In this document: positions 10,716 to 22,579 of the stretch, piece by piece | Layout: the number at the start of each line of letters is the position of its first letter | Numbering within the stretch: the stretch's first letter is position 1 | Assembly: GCF_001194135.2 (NCBI RefSeq) | Contig: NC_068988.1 | Coordinates: 38,616,572 to 38,650,611 of the forward strand | Length of the DNA stretch: 34,040 bases | Origin: Octopus bimaculoides | Taxonomy: Eukaryota | Direction: 5' to 3' | The notes under the pieces: model-generated | The model's input: the letters and a program-made list of their open reading frames with translations, nothing else | Databases searched by the model: none | What the model was told of the DNA's origin: nothing | Made by a program: the position numbers and the translations under genes

Positions 10716-11676
10716 TTGGCATGCCAATTTTCACACAGCACAAATTAGAATGATGATAAAACGCCAATCCAAAGAATTCATGAAAAATAACATTTTACAA
10801 GCAATAAAAATATTGAAGACACATAGGCGGAGGTGGGGAGTTAAACAGGGCATAACTGAGGCTTAAATAAGAGTGTCCAAATGTAAAGAAAGACCATATA
10901 ATGGACAGCGAGATAGTATTACTCAGCAACAATCTTGTACAAATAACGTAAAGAGTGGGATTTAGAGAAGTTGATGCAAGGGATATCTTGGGCTTATTGC
11001 TTGTTGATAACGAGGCTTTGTCCTATTAAGACTTTAAGGACATAACACAACCACGTGTGTCTTGTTTAGGAACTTAAGAAGAGACATCTACAAACACAGC
11101 GCCATCTTGAGGCACAGAAACACTGGGCAGTTTCCCGGAGACCACACGGATCAAGGGAACCATTGCTGATCTGTGGCTCGCTGTCAATAAACAAACACTA
11201 TAGGGTTCAGAACACTGGTTTTCTCGGGGCCTATTATCCCACCAAAAGGTCCCTGCATCCACAACTAGACTTAGTGAAATAACTTGTGATTTAATGCGTT
11301 TTTCAAAATACGATCCAAATTTCAAACAAAGCATGAAAGTTAAAACTGGTAGCATTGAATTGTTATAGAGATCGTTCAAACCTTTCGAAAATATGCTTAA
11401 AAACCAGTAAGAACACATGGTTTAGATCTTTTTTATTTTCTGCATAAAATTTAAGCTTGTATTATTCTTTACTGAATTACATTCTGTTCAAATGATTTTT
11501 TTTATACACGTAGTGATATTGTAGTCCGACTGTGTTTAAAATAAGTTTTTATTTCGGAATTAAAATATATTCATCTGCTAAAAAACTATTGTTGTACTTT
11601 CACTGTATAGAGTTTCTGAAAGGAGAATGAAAAAATGGAACAGTTTAATTCTGCTAAACGAATTTAACTTTCATAT

Positions 11677-12333
11677 ATACAGGAAATAGTTACGAAACGC
11701 CTAATGAACAAAACCTTAAAACTCAAGACGCCACCGAAATTATCGATTGCGTCACAGTTTTGTGGAAGACGATGCATATGTAATCTGCAGCGCTCCTAAT
11801 GTGTCATCAAAGCACTGACGTCTCTTCCGGTGTGATGTTGCTAAAACAATATACAATGCCATCCGTAGTAAAGGCAACCCAGGAAATAACTTTGTTACTG
11901 AATACAGACATACAAAATTACTATCAAGTGCAAACATATTAGGCCTGATGTGGTTGTTTGGAAATGCAGAGGTAATATATTACGTAATGTCTTAGAGGTC
12001 AGCTGACCGGCAGATGTGAACATCTTTTCCAAAATCAGTGAAGTGGGGAATATCTATAAAGAACTGCTTGAAAAATTAGTTTCTTTATTTTCATTATAAA
12101 TTCCCTTACAGAAATACAAGTCAAAACTATGCAACAAATCTCTTTGAAGTTACATCACACAATGCTGCACCAAAACTACCTCATTTTCATATCAATAATT
12201 ATTGGTGCACTTGGCTCTGTTAGTAAATGTTTAAGAAACAACCTGGAAAAGTTGGAAATTACGCCATTTATAAGTACAATCCATAAACGAAACAGTAGAC
12301 ATATGTAAAACTTTTCTAAAATTCAGCATGTAA
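11677..12333 (+). mobile_element. Degraded C-terminus of an REL-endonuclease non-LTR retrotransposon (R2/R4/NeSL type)
   Basis: Across frameshifts and stops: IQEIVTKRLMNK; RLRHSFVEDDAYVICS (decayed CCHC knuckle); FRCDVAKTIYNAIR (RHD-like); KHIRPDVVVW at 11932-11961; LEVS*PADVNI..KISE; FISIIIGALG; CKTFLKFSM* ending at 12333. Confidence 0.85.
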
Positions 12334-13156
12334 CACTGATCAGGTCATACGTCCACTATCTAACGTACAACCACTTATTGTACTGCATCCCTTCCTGTCA
12401 CCCCGGACCCCATGGATCAAATCAGCCGATCCCCACCCGCATTATGCAAGTTATCTTTAGCAGAACACATGCTTCAATTTTGACCCATCAAAAATAGCCA
12501 GATGGGTGACTAAACCATCCTTTTAAGTATGTTCCTCCACATCTCATATACAACAAAAAAGAAATAATATCCCAAAGTCTACTCCTATAACAGATAAGTG
12601 GTTCACTCACAGTTACGCTGCAGCTGTTTGGGCGAAAACAAGGCCAACAGTAACATGTCAACCACTCAGCAAACGCCTATATTGCAGTTGATCTCTTTGA
12701 AGACGTCTCTTTTTCTCCACTACAGAGTCGCCTTAGCAACATTGTAGGGTCCCGGGAAAATCAATGCACTGAGCCTTAAAGTATCTATTTGTTCACAGCA
12801 AACCACAGAAGCCCATGGGCAACTGACAAGTGTTCCCATGATTTAAGACGGCCCTTACTCAAAAATGATGGCTCCATAAGCAGTATCTCTATACAGAAAA
12901 GCCTTTACGCTGCCCGCTTTGTATCCAACTCCACATTACACGCCCTTTGCCAATCTCCTCCAAATCTATCCATTTCCATTTTCACAGGCTCCTCACCTCG
13001 TAAATACATACGCCAAGTACGGAACTACCTCCATACAGAAGTTGTCAACAATTTAATATTTAACCTTCGATCTGACACGTTGTTTTCAAGTTCAAATCCA
13101 ATTTTTGCATTCTATATCATTCTCCCTAGCTGCTGTTTGTGGCGCGCGCGCGCGTA

Positions 13157-13445
13157 GAAGGCGCAAGGCCTAGTGGTTATGGTGTTGCACTGACATTTGC
13201 AAGAACGTAATTTCACTTCCTGTACCGAGTGGTGCGTTGTGTTTTTGAACAAACTACTCTCCATCTCACGTTGCTCTGCAGTTACTTCGACACCTGATAT
13301 GTGATATAGGGAACACCTTGATCAAACAACGTCTATTTGACGGAGGGAGTGATCAAATGCACGACACGTACATTTGATCACTATAAACAAATCGTTTATG
13401 CACGCTGTTCGGCAAGAAACTGCAGAACCATCTTTTTTCGATCTG
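13157..13445 (+). mobile_element. tRNA-derived SINE, family D
   Basis: tRNA-like head gaaggcgcaaggcctagtggttatggtgttg (A box) and a decayed B box gtaatttcacttcc at about 13207. The body matches my recollection of an octopus SINE, and only one copy is in this window. Confidence 0.65.
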
Positions 13446-13464
13446 CGTGAAACTTCCCTCATTA

Positions 13465-13497
<33 letters not shown>

Positions 13498-13920
13498 NNN
13501 NNNNNNNNNNNNNNNNNNNNNNNNNNNNNNNNNNNNNNNNNNNNNNNNNNNNNNNNNNNNNNNNNNNNNNNNNNNNNNNNNNNNNNNNNNNNNNNNNNNN
13601 NNNNNNNNNNNNNNNNNNNNNNNNNNNNNNNNNNNNNNNNNNNNNNNNNNNNNNNNNNNNNNNNNNNNNNNNNNNNNNNNNNNNNNNNNNNNNNNNNNNN
13701 NNNNNNNNNNNNNNNNNNNNNNNNNNNNNNNNNNNNNNNNNNNNNNNNNNNNNNNNNNNNNNNNNNNNNNNNNNNNNNNNNNNNNNNNNNNNNNNNNNNN
13801 NNNNNNNNNNNNNNNNNNNNNNNNNNNNNNNNNNNNNNNNNNNNNNNNNNNNNNNNNNNNNNNNNNNNNNNNNNNNNNNNNNNNNNNNNNNNNNNNNNNN
13901 NNNNNNNNNNNNNNNNNNNN
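13498..13920. other. Assembly gap (N run) preceded by (GT)n
   Basis: Run of n. Confidence 1.
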
Positions 13921-14410
13921 GTTTTTTCATAACTTTCAGAAAAAGTAGATATTTTTTTAATGAAATTTTTTACAAATAACTTTGAGATGGTGTAGATTAA
14001 GACCACATAAGAATCTAATGCAGAAAAAAATGGTGTGCGCGGGCGCTGGTACGCACTCACACACGTACACATACATACATGCCTGCATGCATACATACAT
14101 ACATACATACATACACACATGCATGCATGCATACATACATACATACATACATGCATGCATGCATACATACATACATACATACATACATACATACATACAT
14201 ACACATTTATATATACACAAAATGAAATTGGAAATATTGAAAAAAATTTGTGATGTGTCTCAGTATGTATGTGTGTGCGCCCACCAACTTTTTTTTTTCA
14301 CATTAAATTCCAATAGGATCGTAATCTATACCATGCGAAAAATATATGAAGAAAATTTCATTAAAAAATATTCATTTTTCTGGGAAGTTTTTATGGGGGA
14401 ACAAAGTCGA
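13921..14410. mobile_element. Palindromic MITE-like element, copy 2, with central (CATA)n/(TGCA)n microsatellite
   Basis: Left arm tttcataactttcagaaaaag..atttttttaatgaaattttttacaaata..gatggtgtagatta. The right arm (14248-14410) reverse complement is cgactttgttccccc..gaaaaatgaatattttttaatgaaattttc..catggtatagattac. Confidence 0.8.
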
Positions 14411-14901
14411 TGTTGGACACTCTTGTGTAAGTATGTCGAAACAATATTCTCCTTCATTGACTCTGTAGCGTATGCTATGTTCTTTAATTGGCCGTCTTGA
14501 CTTAGATACGCCCATTTTGACTCCTATGATGTTTTTTCTGCAAGTGGTCACATGACTATACCTGCTCGTGCTGATTGGATGCTTTAAGTCACCCAATCAG
14601 ACCTCTTCCCACCACAGCAAAACGTGAGGTCTGTTTGAGCCTGCGCAGTGGCTATAAATTAAGGAATTTCTTTTGAGATAACCAGTGAAGCGAGAATTGC
14701 TAGGAGAGATTCATGTCGCCATGCTTTGTGGTTTTTCCGTGCACATCTTCATGTTCAAGTGGCACGAGGAATCTATGTATTTCCATTAACAGAATTATTC
14801 ATGTCTACCAGTCTGCAGTATTTTTTTTTAGCAGTGAAATGTGACGGTCAACTTTAACTTGTCTTCATATTTCTTGACGATCAAGTCAGGGGTTCTGGTA
14901 C

Positions 14902-15710
14902 GTGCCCAAGACGGAATGCGGGACCGTCTGGTGTGATACTAGCAGTATAGCGATAGGGATTATGTTGGAGATCGAAGGCACTGAGGTGGAGGACGCAGCC
15001 TGGCTTCGGAAAGCAGACGATTTTAACCACATCAATGTCGCCGAATTAGACGCGGTGCTGAAGGGGGTGAACTTGGCTCTGAAATGGGGACTGCGCTGAA
15101 TCGAAATCCGGACAGAGGAGGCAAAGAAAGGAATAGCTGCGGTGTATCAGTTGGATGACTCCGAAATGAAGAGACTACATGCTATGCATCACTTGGGTGT
15201 GGACAGGACCCTGTATCTCGCGAAGATGATTGATGCTGACGTCACTAGGAGAAGTGGTCGGGAGCTGCAACAGATGTCAGTCCATTGACCCTGCTCTGTG
15301 TGGACATGAGCAAGGAAATCTTTCGGTGGAACACAACTGGAAGGGACTAGCTGAGGATATGACGCACTACCGTCAGGGAATGTATCTCTACATGGTCGAC
15401 CGCGGGCCAGGCCGGATAGCCATTTGGAGGGAGTTTAGGACGGGCATTGCTGACGAGATTGCGCAGATTTTGAACGGGATATTTTTAGAGAGTGGTCCCG
15501 TGGAAGAACTGCTAATGGACAACGGGGCGGCGTTTCGTTCAGAAGCGCTGAGGGGTATGCACAACCGGTGGAAAGTACGTCGCTTGTTCAGAGCAGCGTA
15601 TAGGCTGAGCGGTAATGGAATCGTAGAGAGTCAAGGCCATAGCGGTAATGGAATCGTAGACAGTCAAGGCCATAGCGGAAAGAGGTCTGCGTCGACGAAG
15701 AGAAGGTAGG
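14902..15710 (+). mobile_element. LTR retrotransposon pol remnant (RNase H + integrase), probably Ty3/Gypsy
   Basis: RNase H: VWCDTSSIAIG...HINVAELDAVLKGVNLALKWG*IEIRT. Integrase zinc finger HAMHHLG...CNRC, core AEDMTH, LMDNG and YRLSGNGIVE. RH-before-IN order fits Gypsy/BEL rather than Copia. It has stops, a frameshift and internal deletions. Confidence 0.88.
15608..15678 (+). repeat. In-frame 33-bp tandem duplication inside the integrase remnant
   Basis: agcggtaatggaatcgtaga(g/c)agtcaaggccat twice (15608-15640, 15641-15673, 1 mismatch), followed by agcgg. Confidence 0.95.
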
Positions 15711-16494
15711 TGTCTTTTGTGTGTAGACGTTTTCGAAAAAGCTTCTACCAGGCAAATCTCCATTAGGTTTTAACAACAGTGAATGAATATAATATAGAAG
15801 ACAAGATATATCAAGATATATCACGGTTCGTATGCTGGTCGACTGGTTACCGTTGTTTGATCACGTGAAGTTAACACGTATAATTGGGCTGCGCAGAGAG
15901 AGCGCAGTGTATAGACCAAAGACATAATATTTTCTTTATTATAATTTTGTTCTTGCATTACTATGACATAACCTGGTCGTAATTTGCTATTAAATTTAAT
16001 AATACACACTCAGAAACAAAGTTTAAGTCAGCTTGAAGTCGTATTATATAAGGAATTCGACTGAAGTTTGTTTACATTTACGGCAGATCATGTACAGTAC
16101 CGTAGCTCTATCCAGCATTCTTTCAGAAGTCGATGTGGCCACTTACCTCCCATCCTCATATCAGAAACATTGTGTTAATGTCAGTCCTAGTTTAACAGAA
16201 CTTTGGTCAAAGATGTTTCAACCAGCACCTACCCGTCTTTCTGTCTGATAATTTTAGAGGTACCTATGACTATATTATTGAAAGTGTATTTTGTAAATGT
16301 TATTGGTGATGTATGATTTGAGGGACATTCGACAGCTGTTTCTAGCAGATCCAGTGACCATGTAGATGATCTTCGTATCTCTCTGTGCGTGAAAGATAGG
16401 TAAAACATTTCCGATGCATGTGATATTGCTACGCTATCACCATAACAACCACTTGCATTGCCATCACAATGCCATACGGCACCCATAGCACTAT

Positions 16495-17427
16495 CCACAG
16501 TCGTCGTCGTCATCATCATCATCATCATCATTATCATTACTGTCGAGGAAGCTTCTTACAAGGTCGTTCAACCCACCCCTAGAGATAGTAGTCTAGTTAA
16601 TACTTCCTCAAACTTTAGCTTGGACATGAGACTGAACAATAAACAATGCTACTTCAGTTTCCAGCATTCCAGAGTTAAAAATATAAAACGGAACAAGCAA
16701 GTCTTAAAGTCTTGCATTCTGATCCGTCGCAGAACAAAAAAGAAAAAAAAAAAGAAAAAAAAAGAAAACAAACGAAAAAAAATTCACCATCACTACTATT
16801 ACCTACGCAACAACAATGACATCATCATCATCGTCATTGTTGTCGTTGTCGTCATCATCACCATCGCAATCATCACCATCATCTCATCGTCATAGTTATC
16901 ATGATCGCCATCGTCGTCACCACCACCACCACCACCACCATCATCATCATCATCGTCAACGTTATCGTCGTCACCAATCATCACCATCGTCATCATCTGA
17001 CCGGTGTCATCATCATCATCGTCAACGTTATCGTCGTCATCAATCATCACCATCGTCATCATCTGACCGGTGTCATCATCATCATCACACCTAGTCGTCA
17101 TTGCCATTGTTGTCTTCACAACCACTACTACTACCACTACCACTACCACCACCGCCGTTGCTGTCGTTGTCGCCGACAACACTGTCGTCATCGTCATCGT
17201 CGTCGTCGTCATCGTCATCGTCATCGTCTTTATCATATCAAGTGGAAGCTGAAACAGCAACTGCGAAACTGTCATCGTCATATTCTCCGAAACTAAGTAA
17301 ACACGGCTCGTTGCATCACAAGTGGTTATTATAGCAGCAGCAGCAGTAGCAGCAGCAGCAGCAGCGGCGGCAGCAGTACCAGCAATATCGATGACGATAC
17401 CACCACCACCACACCCACCACCACCAC
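16495..17427. repeat. Cryptic trinucleotide low-complexity tract (CAT/CGT/CAC/CAG) with poly-A stretch and a 66-bp duplication
   Basis: Triplet runs read directly. gtcaacgttatcgtcgtca..aatcatcaccatcgtcatcatctgaccggtgtcatcatcatc starts at 16955 and again at 17021. Confidence 0.9.
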
Positions 17428-18149
17428 NNNNNNNNNNNNNNNNNNNNNNNNNNNNNNNNNNNNNNNNNNNNNNNNNNNNNNNNNNNNNNNNNNNNNNNNN
17501 NNNNNNNNNNNNNNNNNNNNNNNNNNNNNNNNNNNNNNNNNNNNNNNNNNNNNNNNNNNNNNNNNNNNNNNNNNNNNNNNNNNNNNNNNNNNNNNNNNNN
17601 NNNNNNNNNNNNNNNNNNNNNNNNNNNNNNNNNNNNNNNNNNNNNNNNNNNNNNNNNNNNNNNNNNNNNNNNNNNNNNNNNNNNNNNNNNNNNNNNNNNN
17701 NNNNNNNNNNNNNNNNNNNNNNNNNNNNNNNNNNNNNNNNNNNNNNNNNNNNNNNNNNNNNNNNNNNNNNNNNNNNNNNNNNNNNNNNNNNNNNNNNNNN
17801 NNNNNNNNNNNNNNNNNNNNNNNNNNNNNNNNNNNNNNNNNNNNNNNNNNNNNNNNNNNNNNNNNNNNNNNNNNNNNNNNNNNNNNNNNNNNNNNNNNNN
17901 NNNNNNNNNNNNNNNNNNNNNNNNNNNNNNNNNNNNNNNNNNNNNNNNNNNNNNNNNNNNNNNNNNNNNNNNNNNNNNNNNNNNNNNNNNNNNNNNNNNN
18001 NNNNNNNNNNNNNNNNNNNNNNNNNNNNNNNNNNNNNNNNNNNNNNNNNNNNNNNNNNNNNNNNNNNNNNNNNNNNNNNNNNNNNNNNNNNNNNNNNNNN
18101 NNNNNNNNNNNNNNNNNNNNNNNNNNNNNNNNNNNNNNNNNNNNNNNNN
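17428..18149. other. Assembly gap (N run)
   Basis: Run of n flanked by (CAC)n and (TA)n. Confidence 1.
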
Positions 18150-18509
18150 TATATATATATATATATATATATATTATCAGAGATACCCGGCGTAGTTTGT
18201 ATATAATGCATGGCATAGTTTTTATATAATATATTACAGTTATGTTGAAATAGGTGATATGGGAAAGTGCAGCATTGACAACAAAACATTTGTGGAGTAA
18301 ACGATGGGCTAATTCGACTAAGCAACATGCTATGTGTCTGGCTGGAGTATTTTAGGCCCTAACCTGTCATGGAAAATGGGGGTGAGGGGATTATGTGATT
18401 TTTGAAAGCACCGAAAAGCTGTCAGTGGATATAGTCTCTTTTGCAGCAGTCGGCGCTGTATCCAACACGACCCATCATCCGAAATTTTAACACCTCCTCC
18501 GAGTTTGTT

Positions 18510-18850
18510 GTCCTACATCATACATAAAGTAAATTTAGAGGAACTGTGGTTGTTCAGTTTTGGGCAACAGGGAACCAATGAGGTGATAGACTTGCCCTTG
18601 AACTTTGACGTCGGCGTAAATTCATGTTTATCTATCTTCTTAGATGCACCAAACGATGTTATTTGAAATGTAGAGTTGTATTGTCTGATATTGTTCAGAA
18701 AATCCTTTGACTGGATGGAAGTGCCTTCTAGAAGATCCATAAGAGGTTGAGAAGGAGCCGGTAGTGCTGGCAAATGTTACCTGACCGCCTGAGCAGCACA
18801 TACCATTTGTTTCATTTGAAAATTTAAAGCTCTACAGAAACGACAATTTG
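18510..18850 (-). mobile_element. Helitron Rep/helicase N-terminal remnant
   Basis: Across two 1-nt frameshifts: CRFCRAL..NETNGMCCSGGQV / LPALPAPSQPLMDLL..FLNNIRQYNSTFQITSFGA..FTPT / KVQGQVYHLIGSLLP..PQFL*IYF. These match the conserved CCxxG, NIRxYNSxFxxTSFG and QGQVYH motifs of Helitron Rep proteins. Confidence 0.88.
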
Positions 18851-19870
18851 TGTTTAGCACACCAATTTGGGCAGAGTTACTATTTTTATAAGAATGGGAA
18901 GAACGAATTTCTACGTAGCCTGTTTCTGAGAGCTATTCTATTGGACGTCTTTCTAATCATTAAAACATTGATTTATGATCCAGCATGAAGTGCTGCAACA
19001 TACATTTGCTGATCCTGAGAAAATCTCATCTCGCTTCTCTTTTCAGACTCTCGCCTTCGGTTTTCTACAATCCTTGCTTTATACTTGTTTCTGGAGAGAT
19101 TACGTCTTTTCTTTGGTGGCATATTTTTTCCAGTATTGTAAACAAAAAATTATGAACATAGAAAGAAATTTTACGTTAATCCCTATTTTTGTAAGCAGTT
19201 GTATCCGTAAAAATTTAATTGAAGAGAGCAGAAATTGAAAGAAGAGAAAATGAAAAGGACAGAGAAAAAAACTGAAAGATGTATGTACGTCTATACGAAA
19301 TGGACGTGTGTGTGTTTGTGGTGTGCGCGCGCGTGTGTGTCCGTGCGTGCGTGCTTGCGCATGTGTGCGAGAGAGAGATATAGAGAGATAGTGAGTGAGT
19401 GAAGGTGTGTGTCGTGATGGTTGATGTCTTTTATGGTACACACACATATAGAAAATGTGATGTCATCGTATAAAATGTTTACGATAGTTGATTTGTGGAA
19501 AAGATTATAATGTTAAACTTTTGAAATACAAATATGTGAATGGAAATTAAGTTTAATTTGCAGCCGAAATAGTACTGAATCTTTTGATATCCCATACGCC
19601 AAAGGCTGTAACTCGATTTTGGAATGCATAAGGAATATATATATATATAGGACAGGCATCTTTCAAACTGAAAGTATTATCTCGCATTACAATAGAGACA
19701 TAATACTGAAATAGTGTAAGAGATAAGAGATTGCTCTGGGCTCGCATTAGGCAAGAAGTTGGAAATTTCCACTGCATGGACCTTAGCTTTTTTATCTGAC
19801 GCCTGTGGCTTTAAGTATTTTATTTCGATTTTTTGTATATCTGCATGTATATATATCTGTATGAGCTAAT

Positions 19871-19945
19871 GAGGGAGACCTCTATGTAGTAGCTAGACCT
19901 GGTAGAAATAGCAGCCATATCTCCCTCAAAACACTCTACTATCTT
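19871..19945 (+). mobile_element. Interspersed repeat family C, 5' fragment
   Basis: gacctggtagaaatagcagccatatctccctcaaaacactctactatctt is shared with the other family C copies. Confidence 0.7.
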
Positions 19946-20429
19946 AGTCCGACAATTCTACCTATTATGTAGTTTGAATGAGAAACTGTAACTAAAGATT
20001 AAGATTATTAACCCTAAAATTTTACGCGTTTTAATAGCAATCATTATTTTCTCTTTTTGCTTAATTAAAATGGTTTCCTTTTGTCGTAGTTTTTCATGTC
20101 AGCTGTAAAGGTAAAGAGAGTTAACTTGGTGTTTAGTAGTGGAGTTGTATGTGGTGGTTACTTTTGACTATTTCTTCTCAATAAGGATAATTGATTGATA
20201 ACGAATCTTAACACAATATATATACAACTTCAAGTGGAATCGGACATCATAGGAGAGGCAGAGAGAGGAAAGAAGAGAGACAGCATTGCGACGGTTTTGG
20301 CAGACTGTCATCCTGCACTCCCCTTGTTGCTAGCGAAATGGTATGTACCGGCTGTCTGAGCAAACTCGTTGCTTTTAATGGCGGAACAAATAGGACAAAA
20401 AGATTACAAAAATAGTGATTCTCACTTTG

Positions 20430-20590
20430 AAACTCATAATTTTGAAAGTCTTTTTAGATTACGGAACGTCCCGATCGCTCATGTATCCATGTTTAAAATT
20501 TCAGCGCGATCGGATGAACAATACTCGAATTATAAGCGTACAAACAGACAGACAGACAGAAAGAAAGAACGGATTTTATATATTATATTA
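20430..20590 (+). mobile_element. Probable Helentron/DINE-1-like non-autonomous element 3' part
   Basis: aaaatttcagcgcgatcggatgaac...acaaacagacagacagacagaaagaaagaa..ttttatatatta resembles the core, (CAGA)n microsatellite and tail layout of DINE-1-like elements (inference). Confidence 0.5.
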
Positions 20591-20599
20591 AATATATAT

Positions 20600-20812
20600 A
20601 CATGTATGTATTTGTGTGTTTGCTTGTCCCTCCCCACCATCGTTTGACAACCGATGTTGGTGTGTTTACGTTCTCCGTAACTTGGCGGTTCGGCAAAAGA
20701 GTCCGATAGAATAAGTACTAGGCTTACAAAGAATAAGCCCTGGGGTCTATTTGTTCGGATAAAGTTGGTGCTCCAGCATGGCCGCAGTCAAAATGACTGA
20801 AATAAGTAAAAG
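20600..20812 (+). mobile_element. SINE family A, 3' half
   Basis: ccaccatcgtttgacaaccgatgttggtgtgtttacg...gatagaataagtactaggcttacaaagaataagccctggggtc...ccagcatggccgcagtcaaaatgactgaaataagtaaaag. Confidence 0.9.
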
Positions 20813-20834
20813 TGGCTGAGAAACATTGCACTTC

Positions 20835-21045
20835 ATAGTGGTAGGACCAACTAGAAAGAGCAGCCAAATCGCCTCTCCCTCAAGTTACACCTTGCCTTCG
20901 CCGTCTTTGAAAAAGATATACTGGATAATGATGGTCCTATGTTCCCCTTGCATATAGGAAAGAACGGGATTGTCACGGTTGGGATAACTTTGATCACAGG
21001 TGTGCTCGAAGAGAGCTGACCTAAAGCTAACCAACATCACCAACC
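20835..21045 (+). mobile_element. Interspersed repeat family C
   Basis: ctagaaagagcagccaaatc..ctccctcaagttacacc...tggataatg..gtcct...tttgatcacagg...gctgacctaaagctaaccaac, followed by a (CAC/CAT)n tract at 21060-21180. Confidence 0.7.
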
Positions 21046-21097
21046 GCAAATCACTGGTGCTTCTGTCACCAGTAGTAGCAGCAGCACCAGCACCACC

Positions 21098-21131
<34 letters not shown>

Positions 21132-21258
21132 TCATCACCGTCGTCGTCATCATCATCATCATCATCATCATCATCACTACCACTTCAGCCACGACCTGTT
21201 GAATAGGTTCATAATGAGCAAGCGTCAGTACCTCCCCTTCTCCACCTCTCCCTCCTCC

Positions 21259-22536
21259 AGTCGATTAGATCGATCCAGTATGCAACTGGTACTTAATTTA
21301 TCGACCCCCGAAAGGATGAAAGGCAAAGTCGACTCCGGCGGAATTTGAACTCAGACCGTATCGACGGGCGAAATACCGCCAAGCATTTCGTCCAGCGTGC
21401 TAACGATTCTGCCAGCTCGCCACCTTACCATCAATACAACTACCATTACAATGGTAATAACAACTCAGATTCATTCTTATAACTGATACCTACAAATATC
21501 TCTTTCTACTATGAAATTTTGGGGGATGGGGAGTATCGATTACTTCGGACCTCCAGTGTTCAATTGATAGTTACTTTATCGACCTCGGTGGAATTTGAAC
21601 TCAGAACGTACGACGAGAAGAAATACCGTTAAACATTTTGTCCGGCGTGTAAACGACTCTTTCAGCTTGCCGCCTTAAAGGTGTAAATCGCCTTGCTGGC
21701 GAGATATCGAACCCTGGTCTCTCGCGTGATAGGCGGGGATGCTTACCACTACACCACCAAGCACCATAAATAATAATGGTGTCAACTTTCAGCACAGGGC
21801 CGGCGGATTTTGAGGGGAGGTAGAGGTCGATCACATCATCCCCAGTACTTGACCGGTACTTATCGATCTCGAAAGAATGAAAGCAAAGTCGGCCTGGACG
21901 GAATTTGAACTCAGAACGTGAAGACGGACGAAATGTCGCTAAGCATTTTGCCCGGCGTGCTAACGATTCTGCCAGCTCATTGCTTTACCGAGTACAATAA
22001 CAATCCTTTTCTGCTATGGTTACAAGGCCTGGATTTTAGGGTGAGATGGGTGGGTATGATGAGGTAGGACTTATTTTGGGATGGGCGAAATGGGTAATTG
22101 TTTTATCGACTCCGAAAGAATGAAAGGCAAAGTTGACCTCAGCGGTATTTGAATTCTGGACGGATGGAATTTGAACTCAGAACTGACGTAATTTGAACTC
22201 AGACGGACGAAAAACCGCTAAGCATTCTATCCAACGTGCTAAGGAGGAAATGCTGCCAAACATTTTGTTCAGCGTGCTAACAATTCCGCCAACTCGTCGT
22301 TTTTTGATACCACTGATACTAGTTTTAAATTTTGGCACGAAGCCAGCAATTTCAAGGGAGCGGTTAAGTCGGTTACAACGACTTAAGTGTTCGGCTAGTG
22401 CTTATTTTATCGCTCTCGAAAGGATGAACGGCAAAGTCGAGCGCTGCGAAATTTGTACTCAGAACGTCAAAGACGGACGAAATGCCTCTAAGCATTTTGA
22501 CTGGTGCGCTAACGATTCTGCAAGTGTGCTGCCTTC

Positions 22537-22579
<43 letters not shown>

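Noticed and set aside
11074-11418. 114-aa minus-strand ORF
   Set aside because: No recognisable motif, and this length can occur by chance.
12400-13130. ORF 12789-13157 and a possible L1/Tx1 APE endonuclease on the minus strand (RFGGDW..)
   Set aside because: Only a single weak motif with many stops, and the plus-strand ORF has no recognisable features.
16458-17334. Poly-His/Ser/Ile/Val ORFs suggesting a His-rich or metal-binding protein
   Set aside because: All frames on both strands give homopolymers from the same triplet tract. There are no unique domains or clear exon boundaries, and the tract runs into a gap.
21692-21763. Functional tRNA gene
   Set aside because: Mispairs in the acceptor, anticodon and T stems, an atypical ATC anticodon and no clear oligo-T terminator nearby. 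Kept as a pseudogene.
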